This document shows, in pieces, positions 12,724 through 30,000 of a stretch of 52,991 nucleotides of DNA. Each line of letters opens with the position of its first letter. The first letter of the stretch is position 1. Both the position numbers and the translations under genes were made by a program. This DNA comes from Klebsormidium nitens. Lineage: Eukaryota; Plantae; Klebsormidiophyceae. The stretch is from positions 1 to 52,991 of the forward strand of contig DF237554.1 in NCBI GenBank assembly GCA_000708835.1. Direction: 5' to 3'. A model generated the notes under the pieces. The model was given only the letters and a program-made list of their open reading frames with translations. It made no database searches and was not told the origin of the DNA.

Positions 12724-15700
12724 CTACATCCACATCCTCTCGTAAAGGCTTCGACACACCGGACAATTATGCTTCACCATTGATTTTACTCTCTCCCCGT
12801 TTCTATTCCGCCTTCCTCCATCTTCCGTCAGAGCCGCTTTAGCGGCGCAAGCGTTCTTATAGTCCTCGAAAGCGGCGATGCAGTCTGCGTGAAACACGTG
12901 GCTGCAGCTCAGCCACGCAAGCGTCGAGTCGCCTTTGGCTCGATGCAGCGGGGCGATGCATATGGGACAGTCCGAGTCGCCACGCTCTATTGCCTGCGGG
13001 CAAGGAAGTGACGACTTCGTCGGTACCAAATCTTTGGCGATCTGTGAGTTCTCTTTGGTCAGACCTCGTCCTAACGGACTGCCGTCATTAGCACCGCTGC
13101 AGCAACTCTAAGCAGACTTGTTCTTTTGCACTCAATCTCCAAAGAAACAGTATATGCACCGACTGCAATCCTGCGCTCTACTGTGGCCCTAGTGACAGAG
13201 ATCCCCTTCGTAAACAAGTCAAGCATCCAGAGTCGCAGAAGCGATGCGAGGATGGAACAATATTCTTGGAAGCAATGGAGAGCCGTAACCAGGGAAAGCC
13301 CGAAGAGCTGGGGCTGATGCGGTACAGGATAGCTTGTCGCGTTCGACATCGTTACGGAGACACATGGTTTGAAGAACAAGAGGAGCAGCGAAGCACGTGA
13401 TCTTGTGAAAGGAGACTGTTACAGCAGATGATCCTTTGGTACTCTGGAGCAGTTCATATGCGCGCCTTCCTGTTCAATCTGTGAATTTTCCTAGCAACGA
13501 ACAATCCTTCCTTTCTTCCGCCTGGTTCGATTGGAAGTTATTGTACATCGGGCTCACAACCGGCTCACCTTTGCAACAGCGACGTCCCAGTCACTGCCCC
13601 TGATCCACCCCGTCCGAATCGATTCTCCCAACACGTCCCTTTCTGGCGACCCAGCACCGGGCGGCTCCACGTTTTCGTCGCCGCCAACGTCTTCCGTTCT
13701 GGGTTCCTCCTGAAGCTCTTCCGGCACTTCCGGCTCCGGCAGTCCCGCAGCTTGTCGGTAGATCCGCTTGCTGTCTCTCACAGATGCGTCGATTTCGGCA
13801 AAGAGGGCGTCGATTTCATCGCGCTCCGCCTCGAGGTGGAGGAGCAGTCGGTCGCTTGCACTCTCTAACTGAAAGGAGAGCTTTTGAAAGCTTCATTAGG
13901 ATTGAGTCAATTTCATTAGGATATCTCAAGCAGTGTGAGTAGTCGACGGTCAGATAACTTTTGGATTGATCGTGTGGTACATCATTTTTGGCAATCCGGG
14001 CGCTTTCGCGCTGAACAAGCGCACAAACAACGAAGACGAGCTCTGATTGAGAAAGTTAAACTCCTTGTGCTTGGCCCGTTTTCAGCAACTATGCGGGCAA
14101 AACAGGTTTTATGGTCAGTGATCTCAAGCATCATAAGACACGTCATTCAGATCGGCTCGTTACAAACTGAAGCACTTGCTTGTTCACCGTAACATCGAAA
14201 AATTGATCAATTTTAAAAAGGGCTCTTTAATTTTGTGACCGCGACAAAGGAAACTACGTTACTACAGAGCATCTCTGTCAATTCTCGTGACATCTGACCT
14301 GCCAGCATCCTGAGTTTCAGCTACTCTGACCTCCATCTTATGCTCGATTCCTTCCTCTCAGACTGTCAAACGGTAACGCACATACTACTTTCAAGCTCAC
14401 CTTGTTTGCAAAGAAGTGTCTTCTCTTGTCGGGGTCCGTCGGTGGTATGGATGCCAGAAGGGCCGCGTACCACTTCCGAACCACGTAGCCACGAAAGTAC
14501 GACTGGATCCTGCAAAGTAAGGAGGTCTTTCTTATCCAGAAGTTCCTTTAGAGAGGGGCGCGAGAGCTTGCTTCTGTCCGATGACATGGCATTGTTCGCA
14601 GGATTCAATTAAGCTGTCCACTAGTGCTGCTTCGACGTATCTTGGAGACTTCACCTAGGATCGAATACACACAGTTCAACAGCTTTTGTGACTCCAGAGG
14701 CAGAGGTGATTCACCAGCCGAACGCAAAACGAGAACAGAGCTGGCAGCAAGTTTACAGAGATCGAAGCGAGCAGACGCGGACCTGGTAGCGCTCGTATAT
14801 TGGTACAACTCCGCGCCATCTCTAATTGGAATCTTCTGGTAGTGCTTCGTCCGACAGAGGGGGCAGCACTTCTGCTGGGCGTAACGCTCGAAGCTGGCCA
14901 GGCACGTCTGCACTCCAAACAGGGAATCCGTGTCACTTCACGAGGTGATACTTGTGACGAGCTCGGAACTCTTTCAAGTCAGGCAGAGCCAAGGGAAGAT
15001 CTCGAAGCAGGGAAAGATGGTTTGCGCCAGAGGCCGGCTGCTACATAACCGGATCCGGCGAATTGACTTTCGAATAGAAGGGCCAGGATATGACCCCGTG
15101 TGATCATCAGCAAATGAAACCGACAGCAAAGGGGACAACGCGCTTCTAAGATCACAACGATTAGGACGACTTGATCCACTTCATCTTTCCCAAAGCGGGT
15201 CTGTGTACTTACACGACGGCAAAAGAGCGCAATATGGCAGACTCGAGAGGCTCAATCCCCGCTGCTGTTTTGGAACCCGCCTTCAAATTGCCGTTCGACA
15301 ACGTTACAATACAACTCACGAAGACGAGGGAGTGCTGGCTGGATTGCGGAATTTCCGGAGTGCTACTGGTAAAGAAAGCCCCTGTGCGCTGAATTCGACA
15401 ATTACCTTATGGAAGACGTGTGAGCAACTGAGGAGGACTTGCTCTCCGTCCCGAAACTCGTCTCTGCAAATGGGGCACGGAAGACGACTGTCCCTTCTTG
15501 CTCGTGACCTTTTGTGCGCCTCCTCCCACTCTTCAACGGAGAGCCGAGGAGGCGGCTTCGCAACCAAGCCATACTTCTGAGCTGCAAAAGATCAAAGGCA
15601 CTCCTTCTTACCTCGATAGATTTGTTCGCTTGTAGTGACGAACGAAAAGGGCGACAATGCTAAAAAGGCGTGGTAAGTTGCCCCTTTGACAGTATGTCAA

Positions 15701-16214
15701 GGAGTCTATAAGAAGATGAATATTTCGTTCAGGCTTTGTTGACCTTGCATTCCTTCAATCATTGACGAGGGCGTGATAGACATGATGGAGCTTGTTGACA
15801 GGCTCGTGCAGAAAACTTGTCAAGATAATTTTGGAGGACCTGATAATATTTGCTCTGCTGCTAACTCCAGGGACTGCAGTAGAACGGCCAACTTATTATA
15901 AGTCCTTTGGATAGCTTCTTGTTGCAAAGCTGAACATCCAGTGGACGAAGTTGGACCTCGCCTCAGACCTTGGCCAACTCCATCTCCCGTTAAAATGCTT
16001 ACCAAGTGTCAAGGCAGGCTGTGCTGGCACATGCTTCAGTCCTGACGCAGAAGTCGAAGATGGTTTTGGGCGCAGCTTGGGGGTCGGAAGGTGGAACATG
16101 CGTGCCACGTGGTCTTGAAGGGCCACCGCATGAAGAAGGCTTGTCTGCGCAGTGAGAAGAGGCACTTTTCCCTAGACGCTTTGATGCCAACGTGCGACCT
16201 GGCCCTTTTGACAT
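12724..16214 (-). CDS. RNF32: RING finger protein 32-like (RING-IQ-RING)
   Basis: Phase-consistent exons: 16171-16003 (HAVALQDH...PALTL), 15581-15406 (AQKYGLVAKPPPRLSVEEWEE...CPICRDEF...LLSCSHVFHK), 14907-14783 (TCLASFERY...CPLCR), 14509-14401 (IQ motif IQSYFRGYVVRKWY), 13868-13569 (EIDALFAEID), 12993-12724 (CPICIAPL...LSCSHVFHADCI...CPVCRSLY, stop). Colinear with recalled animal RNF32. The start is unresolved: ATG 16214 is one base out of frame, or there is an upstream exon. Confidence 0.88.
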
Positions 16215-18021
16215 CAGCGTTCAACGGCCAGCTTGTTGACAGCCACCAAACCATTCTCCAAAAACGACGTCAATTGCACAGTGAGCACAGCTGCATGAGC
16301 TTTTGGGGAGCTTTCAAAACAGGTTGCAGACTTAAGTAAACAACTTTTCTGAGGAACCTGATCAAGTGAAACGTTTGAGCATAGTCAAATGTTCCTGCCC
16401 AAGAGCAAGTGCTGGTGATAATGCAGCAGACAAAGAGCAAGCATTACTGTTTCGTGCGAAAAGACCTCACTTAACAGGGTGCTGTGCAGCTCGTAAAGCC
16501 CTGAAAAGGAATGAGGTGGTGTAGTTGCTTACATTTGAGGTAGCTGCATGCTTTGCCGTCCTGGTTTTGGCACCAGCATTGCGGAAATTTTGAACAGACC
16601 TATCTTCCCTTCGGCTCATCTTCTTTCGTTTCGCTGCAGCATTCGCAAGCTTCGTTGACTAGGCCGAGGGACACAAGGTAACATTCACTGACTCGCTGCA
16701 GCAGGAGGTCCGTTTATTTTTAGGTGATTCCTTAGTCGAAATTTTACTTTGTAGTGCCACTGAGCTCCGGCTGAAAAATGCTAGCGTTCGAGTTTCTGTG
16801 GTCGCTTGAATCCGTTGTTAACAAAGCTATCTCGGGGTTGATCTTGCTCAGCGTTGACGTCTAGCTGCTTGACGCCTTGCAATTGCCTCGTCCCTTCCTT
16901 TCTGAGGATTATATCTATGACGATCTAAACTTCTGTCTCCTTGCCTGAGCTCGTCAGAATCTTAAGGTTGAATGACGAAAATCTCCGTCAGTCTCCAGCA
17001 ATCTGTTGCCATTGGGCTCGTCAGTGCATTAGCTAGCATTGAGGCCCCTAGCTTCTTCAGGCTCAGCCCAGCGCCAACCTGAGTAAATAGCTGGCCGGGC
17101 GTGAGATCAGACTCCCCTCCGGGCCGCGCTTCGTGGCCGCGCGGCCGACGAGCCGGCTTTTAGCTTACGGCGTCGAAGGTGCAAGAAGACAAATTGGCAG
17201 GTATTGATTCGACGGAAGGTAACGCCAACGGTTGTGCGGTGTGATACTGCCGTTGTCTCCAATTGACCACCAGTCACCGGCACTGATTTAGTAGACTGTG
17301 ATGTCAACAGTGGCTCATCAGATATCGACGCTGGCTAGCATTTGGTGTCACAATGTTGCAGCACAGCTTTCCGGAGATTGAAGATAAGAAGTCTAGACCG
17401 GAGACAGAAAGCAGCTTTGGACTTAAGCTCCTGAAAGTGCGCTTGCTCAAGCTTTGCTTCTCTTGACCAAGTCAGTGCTGAGCAGGACGTGACGTACTAT
17501 AGTAACTAGTAAGTCAAATCAGACAAACGTGAATCCAGCGCTTTGGTTTATGGGAGCTCAATGCCAGCGCATTGTGGTGTTTTATTGCAGTGAATCCACA
17601 TCAATGAGCGCCGGGCTGCCAGCTCACTGGTTTAGCTCAGTCACGCATCTTTTAGTCATTGGACAGCCAATATACATATAAGGGAACCGTCAATGCCAGC
17701 TGACAGTTTGAGCAGTCCTTGTTGAATGTTTGCAGAAGCTGGTCGGTATCACTGAATTCTGATATCAGCAGCAGCCTGGTCCGCTTGCAGCCTTTATTGT
17801 TGAGTCCGTAGGTTAAGAATGCTGACTCAAGCTGCAAGGGCTCTCGACAATCGGTATCCGGGGCAGATGCTATTGTGAGTGTCTCAGCGCGCCAGACTGT
17901 ACTGGCTTGCAAGTTGCACAAGCTTAAAGAGGGCCTACACCAGTCACAGCTCCTGTTGTTTGTTCTGGCGGTCCATATTCCTAGCTTACTCGCCCCAAGC
18001 TACATAGTTACGTAAAGTACA

Positions 18022-22901
<4,880 letters not shown>

Positions 22902-24056
22902 CGCACCGCTTCGGACACAGTCCACCTTCTGCTCCTACTGGACCGATACCGCCGGCCTCGATTTTGCACAATAAACAGTGTGGGTAAAATTCTGGAAACA
23001 GCATTTGCCCTTCTGGGCGGAATTGAAAGAGGCCCAGAACACTCCTTGAGATTCAATTGCGTCGTCGTTTACATAAAGAGGCTGGGGGCTGAGAGATTGG
23101 AAAACTTCAAGGAGATTTCTGTCCGTCCGCACCGCGGACCATCCTATGATCCGCGAGAGTTAGCATCTGTTTGACCAGCACGCCGGTACAAATGAACGTG
23201 CTTATGCAGCCGCGCCCCGCGCTGAAAAGGTTGAGAGTGACTCGGAATTCTGATCTAGGTGATCGATGATAGGATCGCCACTAATGGCACCAAAGCCCCG
23301 CATGAGATGGCCGCGACGACTGGCATGGCTGCATGCAGCGCCTGCGATGAGCTCCGACATGTGCACACTATAATCCGTGCCGAAGATAGTATCATATCGC
23401 CTTATGAGTTCCAGTAGAAAATGCTGCTAGCTGATCATAGGTGAGGCCGGGTTAACACGATTAAAGTCGACGTACCATGCATGTTAAGACCTTGCATTTA
23501 GCGTTACAGTGCCTAGCTTCAGGCTTGCTTAACAATGATGGCCTCCAACTCAACATGCAGCGCCACCCGCCGATGACCGGACGGGGCCCGAGCAAGTCTC
23601 TGTAGAATAAGTACGATTACAACCATCGATCGCGCATGCGCTGGCGGTAAGCACAAACTACCGTAGTTCAAGTACTGACTGCGAGGGTTTGAGTAACAGA
23701 TCGTCGGATCACTTTGACATGCATGTATCAGGCTTTCAACGTCGGCACAGATGACAGCCTGCCAAGCGGCACCGTCGTCCGCGTGCAACCGACATTGACA
23801 TTGTGCAACGCGCTTGGTAGTGGGCATGCTTCGTTGCTGACCACTGAGAAGATCCAGGCTTGCATGCAAACCAACGTTCGATTGACAGCGGCCCGGCCGG
23901 CCGGCCAACCTATCACGTCTTGCGCCAAGCGGTGTCTACGCAGCAGCTGCGCCTGCCTTTATGCGTTTCTTAAACAAGCTTTTTTGAAGTGCCCGCGTGC
24001 AAACGTTTTTCGCAGCTCAACATTAGGCTGCTACCTGACTCGAAACCTACCAATCA

Positions 24057-27000
24057 TTACCGTCCCTCGTTTCGGGTCTTCCGCCATTCCCGCAATTTTT
24101 GCAACTCTGGTTCAGAGTCCGGCACTGGCGCTAGTGCATCTTTCACAATTACCCCAATCGCATCCGCTAGGTCCGATAACCGTCCCTCTTTTAAGTCTAA
24201 GTTTCGCGCCCGCTCTGGACCATTGTATCTAGACTCGTCCATTTCCGACCGCCCATTCTTCACTTGGCTCCGCCGCAACATGTCAAAATACCGAACGACT
24301 TCCGGCGAGGACCGTCGCGCAACTAGAGCGAACAGCGCCGACGCGCGCGCCGCGTCCAATCGCATCACCCCGCCGAGGTCCTTGTTCGTCGCGAGGCCCG
24401 TCAGCCGTTGGATCGTGTCTTCGTTGGCGAGCGCCATCTGGCACACGATGACGTCAGCGCGCTCGGCCAGCTGCTCCGTCAGGGCCGTAGCTTCTTCCAG
24501 CGACAAGCTCTCCCCGTCCGGTTTTGTTCCGTCCGACTCAGTTCCGCTCCGTCCCCTGCGACTAGACTCCGCCCCGTCCCGTTCAGCTCCGTCCCGATCC
24601 ATTCCGTTTCTCCACCCCGCTCCGTTTCTTTCCGCTAGTTTCCGTTCCGCCTCCGTCAGGCGCACGGAACTCCGGTCTGCAAGCCCGTTTCTGTCCCGCA
24701 AGATTTTCCGCGCTTCGTGATAGGCCAAGGGGATCCCTTGCTCCGGGTGAGGGATTGACAGGGCCTTGGCCAACGTCAGCAGAATGACGGGAGGCGTGTT
24801 TAGCTGGTGCGCCGCGAGGGGGAGCGCTAGCAGAGCGACCCACAAAGCGCCGTGACAAGGGGCGCCGGGATTCGTTATGTTGTCGAGTTGGCGGAGAAGC
24901 TCCTGAAAAAGATTACAATCGAGGCGTAAGTATGCTTTTCAGAAACTAGAGGCGTGAGAGAAGGTGCCAGAATGTAAAGGGGTCTTCTGGGCTTCATAAC
25001 AAAAAGATACAGCGAAAGATATCAGGGGGACCCACAGCGCGCCGTGACAAGGGGCCCCGGGGTTCGTCGTCTTGTCGAGTTGGCGGAGAAGCTCCTGAAT
25101 GCGAAAGAAACGAATTAACGTGAGGCAACTTGTAAGGTCTTGATACTGTGGATTTGTAACTTGTATGCTTCGAGACCAAGTTTCTGCAAACGAAGTGTGC
25201 ACAGCGGGAAGATCCTCAAGGGGCCGTGACAGGGGGCGCTGGGGTTCGTTACTTCGTCGAGTTGGCTGCGAAGCTCCTGGAAGATGAAACTAGAGGCGTG
25301 AGGAAAAATAGAGGATTTTGAGGATCNNNNNNNNNNNNNNNNNNNNNNNNNNNNNNNNNNNNNNNNNNNNNNNNNNNNNNNNNNNNNNNNNNNNNNNNNN
25401 NNNNNNNNNNNNNNNNNNNNNNNNNNNNNNNNNNNNNNNNNNNNNNNNNNNNNNNNNNNNNNNNNNNNNNNNNNNNNNNNNNNNNNNNNNNNNNNNNNNN
25501 NNNNNNNNNNNNNNNNNNNNNNNNNNNNNNNNNNNNNNNNNNNNNNNNNNNNNNNNNNNNNNNNNNNNNNNNNNNNNNNNNNNNNNNNNNNNNNNNNNNN
25601 NNTTACGTTCGTCGAAGTTAGGTACTAGCGTAAGAGTACCTCGGAAGATTGAACTAACGTAGACGTGNGGAAAAATAGAGGATTTGAGGATCAAGTTGAT
25701 AGCTTATGGCAATAAGCTTGCATAGCAAAGCGACCCACAGCGCGCCGTGACATGGGGCGCCGAGGTTCGTTATTTTGTCGAGCTGGCGGAGAAGCTCCTG
25801 GAGGCGAAAAGGCAAATTGTGAGGTCTTGCTACTGTAGGTTGGGGGATTGTGGGCTTCGAGACAGGATTTTTGATTGTACGGGAAGATCCTCAAGGGGCC
25901 GTGAGAAGGCGCGCCGGGGTTCAAGATTCTGTCGAGTTGGCGGAGAAGCTCCTGGAAGGCGGAAACTTTTGGCGTGAAATCTTTCGGCAAATGTTGAGTG
26001 TCATCAATATCTCAAAAAGAAGGCTGCACAGCAAAGCGACCCAAAGCGCGCCGTGACAAGGGGCGCCGGGATTCGTTATCATTTCGAGTTGGCGGAGAAG
26101 CTCCGGGAAGGCGTTAAACAGAGGCGTGAGCATTTCCAGAGCATTTTGAGGATCACCGATTCCTTCGGAAAGAAGGTTGCATAGCAAAGCGACCCAAAGC
26201 GCGCCGTGACAAGGGGCGCCGGGGTTCGTTATCCTGTCGGGTTGGAGGAGAAGCAAGAACTGAGAAGGCAAGAACTAGAGGCGTGAAGAAGATATCGACG
26301 TTGCAAGTTTGAAAATCTGTACCAAAGGGATGTTGCGGAGCAACTCAAAAAGCGCTGTGTGGCAGGGCCGGCGGGGTGATACTCTTGTCTAACTTGCGGA
26401 AAAGCTTCCGGAGGCGAAAAGTAACTGGAAGTGACGTGAGGCTGCTTTTTAAGATCTTAGGAAATAGCGCCGTACCATGTACGCTCACAAACTGCCACAA
26501 AAGGTGCTGAAAAAGGGGTAACATGTATGAGATGCTCAACAGACACGCAAAATGGCAGAACGATCCCCTAGCAACCTTCGCAAGAAGTAAACCCGCAAGG
26601 GACGTCACTGCCCGCACACCCCAATAGACTAGGTGTACTGACTCGACAGACACAGTGTAAGTAGCCAAAAAGGAAACGGGTAGATACCCACCCACCCCGC
26701 CAGACTAGGTGTGAGCATCCGAGAACATCTGCACGAAAGAGTAAACCGCTACAAAAACAGGGTGGCTATCATTACCCAGTACCTCAACAAGTGAGAACAA
26801 CCAAGGCAGTGGTTCCCGCATAACAAGAAACCCTGAAACCTAATACCTTAAAACCCTAAAACCCTAACACTTTAAACAGCAGTATGATCGCCCACCAGCA
26901 GAAGCTCCCCTCGTTCCGGCGCTTCGGTTCTAGGCACGTTCTTTTCCGCCAGGTATTCCGCTTGTAGCGGAAGCAGAATCTCGAGGAGGCCGGTTCGCCA

Positions 27001-30000
27001 GAGCAGCGCCAGCGAGCGTTCCGCGGAGCCGTAGCTGAGCATGACGTTAAGCTCTAGGAGCAAACGAGACTGCAGAGAATAGAGAATCAAACAGGATATT
27101 AATCTTTAGGGGCGGCTATGAAAGAAAGGGTGTCAAAGAGCGGGTTTTATTGTGATCACGCAATTCGATGATGGTGAGATTTATGGGCTCTTTGTGGGTC
27201 AGGCTGCGAACGGGTTTGAGACGAAAGAAAGGGGAGCAAATCACTGAAATGTTACTAAGGTTTTGCTAGAAAAATCATCACAAATGCAGAATGAAGGCCG
27301 GGCGCTGCAATTTATCGGATGACATGAACGAAAGGGACCATCAGTGACTCCGTAATGGCGTCTTGGTGAAACGTCATGGTGACGTGCGCCCTCACCTTGC
27401 CAAGCGAGAGCACGGCCGCCCGGCCCACACTGGCGACGGCCCGCTCTAGTTCCCCGGTCAGGTGGAAGCCCGTGCGCGCCGCGATCCGGATCGCCCGTAA
27501 CACACGCGCTGTGGTAAAGAACATGGGGATGACGTCAGCGAGGCACGGGACGAAACGTCAGCTTGTCAGGAAGGTGTACCTTTTCAAGACACATAATTGC
27601 CCTTGCGAGCTTTGATAGCTTTCAACGATGGCGCCTAGAGACGATTTGAAAAAAAACAACAACAATGAAAGCAGATCAATATGCCCTGCCGTGACCGTAC
27701 CTGTTGGGCTTTCGCCCGATGACGTGAAACAAACCTTCGAAGAGACTGAAGCGGCAGAGTGACGTAAACGGCTGAACCACCAGAACAATCTGTCGATGCT
27801 GTAATGTTTCATCGAATTGAATCCACGATTCATTACGTACCTAAAAACGTTGTCTCAAACATTCGACACGGACCCATCATCATTCAGACAGAGGAGATCA
27901 CGATACTTCGAGAATGTGGAGACAGCACACCTTGGATCCAACAGAAAGATACTCAGGTCAGTCTGCACTCATATTCGCTTTTTTTCTTTACTTATGAAAC
28001 ACAGCTTATAAGTTTTGGCTTACGCCGTTGTAATCTTTGCTCGATAACGGCGGGGGCAAAAAGCACACTGGATGCCTTGAAATATTCGCACCTGGGTCCT
28101 CCTGAAACGACTCTTCCGCATCAATAATCGTCCGTATCTGCCTGTTTTTGATGTCTTCCATTCCCCCACAGAAGTCGTAAACTACGCGTTCGAAGGGCTC
28201 GTACAAAAGGCTGCGGAAAGGGAGCAGTGGCGTTAGGGTGATTTAGCAGGCCACGTAACAGAGGCGGGAAGCTAATTGAAGAGGCGACTCCGCTATTCCG
28301 CAAGCGGGAACAGTCAGCAGAGAAGGTTGTTTGCCTGTGTTCTAAAGACCACTTCTTAGGGTTTTAGGGTTACATTACAATGATTCCTTGACAGGCTGCA
28401 GGGGATTTCATGCTCCGCTAAGGCTGCCAAACTGACCTAAATGCTTGCTTTGCTGCTCAACGTCTCTGCAATTCAGAGCTCAAACGAGCTCTGTAACCGA
28501 TGTCTACCGTTGCGGTCCAAAATTCTCGGCAGAAGCTTTTGACTTCAAGAATCCGTCGAGGCTTGTGGTTTCTTTTCCCGGTCAATCCCTGCTAAAGTAA
28601 CTGACTCGATTCCGCTGCCTGGACCGCACTGCAATCGGATCAAATGCGCGGATTGATGTTAACACAAGGTAAGAACGCTTGAAGTCCTAGCCATACTTTC
28701 GATCCGGTCCGTCCAAACTAGACGAAGACTTACTGAATTTGCATTTTCCAAGCTTCGAGACCGACGCCCATTTTGGGTCTGACCTGTTGATTGTAATGTC
28801 CCGTTTCAGAGCCGACTCCAACAGGTGTTGCTTTCCCGGAGCCACTCTCGCCTTCAGGCGCTTGAGAATCCTCGCTCTGCTGGCCTTGGCGATCGCCCCC
28901 GGGGGATCCCCCTCTTGACACGTGTCGCCCTTGAAGGCGGCCGGCCGTGAAATGGTCGCGAAACTAGAGACCTAGAACGAAACAGGAAGTTGGAAAGCGA
29001 AAACATTTCCACGCGATCGGAATGCCGTGCGAATAAGATGGGAGAGTATTGTATCTGAGATGCTTTTCCGAGGACTTCGGGGACTCGCTTGAGGTATCTG
29101 CTATTATCAAGCTACGGCCGTCAAACATAAGGGTGGCTGTCGGAATAGCTCGGAGATTATATTACTTTCTCCGCAATCAGCTGGGAAAGTTCCCGGCAAA
29201 GCAGCTGTTACGTATCAAGACTACAGCTGTCGCAAGGCATACTTGCCACGCTAAACTCGACACATGACACCGCTTCATGCGTTGCAACCCAGACTTCCGA
29301 GACCACAGCTACCACGCTGAGAACGACAGCTGTCATCATGCTTACCTCGACAGTTGTGTCACCATACGTCACTTGGGCGATGCGGAACCGTCTGCCAAAA
29401 ACCATAGTCCCCGGAACCGCTCGCTTGATCTGCAGAAGGGACCGGCGCAATCAGGGCTTTAATCTCCTCTTACTTTTCCGTGTCTTATGATACTTTCTTT
29501 TCTTCAAAAGTTCCTCTTCTTTCTTCTTTTCATGTCCGCTTGCTACTCCAATCTCGTTCAACCGCCGTTTTTGCGAAACGACGAAGGCTTCGCACTCTGT
29601 CCCTTTGACAAACTACAGTTCTGCATCGCTTCGGCTGAGAGGTGTCCGCTTCTGACCTTACTCGGCTCTGTCAAATGGAAGCGCATGCTAGCTTGGGTTT
29701 CCCGCCGCATCTTCGTGCCATTACAGTGTTTCGAGAATCTTCATGGAAGCGCTTCTCTTGAAAAACTCGGTAGGGCGGTCATAAACTGCTGCAGAAAGGC
29801 CGGCAATCCTTGGTTGTTTCCCGAGGGGGGTGAAGGAGAATCGGTAGTATGGGACCGGAGCCGGGGATGCTGTTGAAAGGGCTGACGTGGCGGTTTTACA
29901 GTTTTGACCCGGGTCTTCACAACCAGTGATTGGTGGAAAAGAAGCCTAACCCAGGGTTCGCATGGACCGAAAAGCTGCAGAAAGATTTTCAGACTTTTGA

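Noticed and set aside
16340-18000. Possible hidden gene between RNF32 and TTLL9 (ORFs 17107-17307, 17652-17921)
   Set aside because: Short ORFs with no recognisable motifs and no phase-consistent exon chain.
23170-23950. Intergenic ORFs (23519-23908, 23714-24232) and palindrome-rich sequence as a gene or transposon
   Set aside because: No recognisable protein motif, TIR or TSD could be established by eye.
23989-24720. 243-aa plus-strand ORF (also 31695-32214, 40038-40798, 41425-42008, 51164-51658)
   Set aside because: Antisense shadows of GC-rich exons of the poly(A) polymerase, LNK and BOU genes; no independent motifs.
24840-26420. CRISPR-like array (conserved ~60-bp repeats with variable spacers)
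   Set aside because: The repeats are copies of a spliceosomal acceptor plus coding sequence in a eukaryotic intron; the spacers are related to each other and there are no cas genes.
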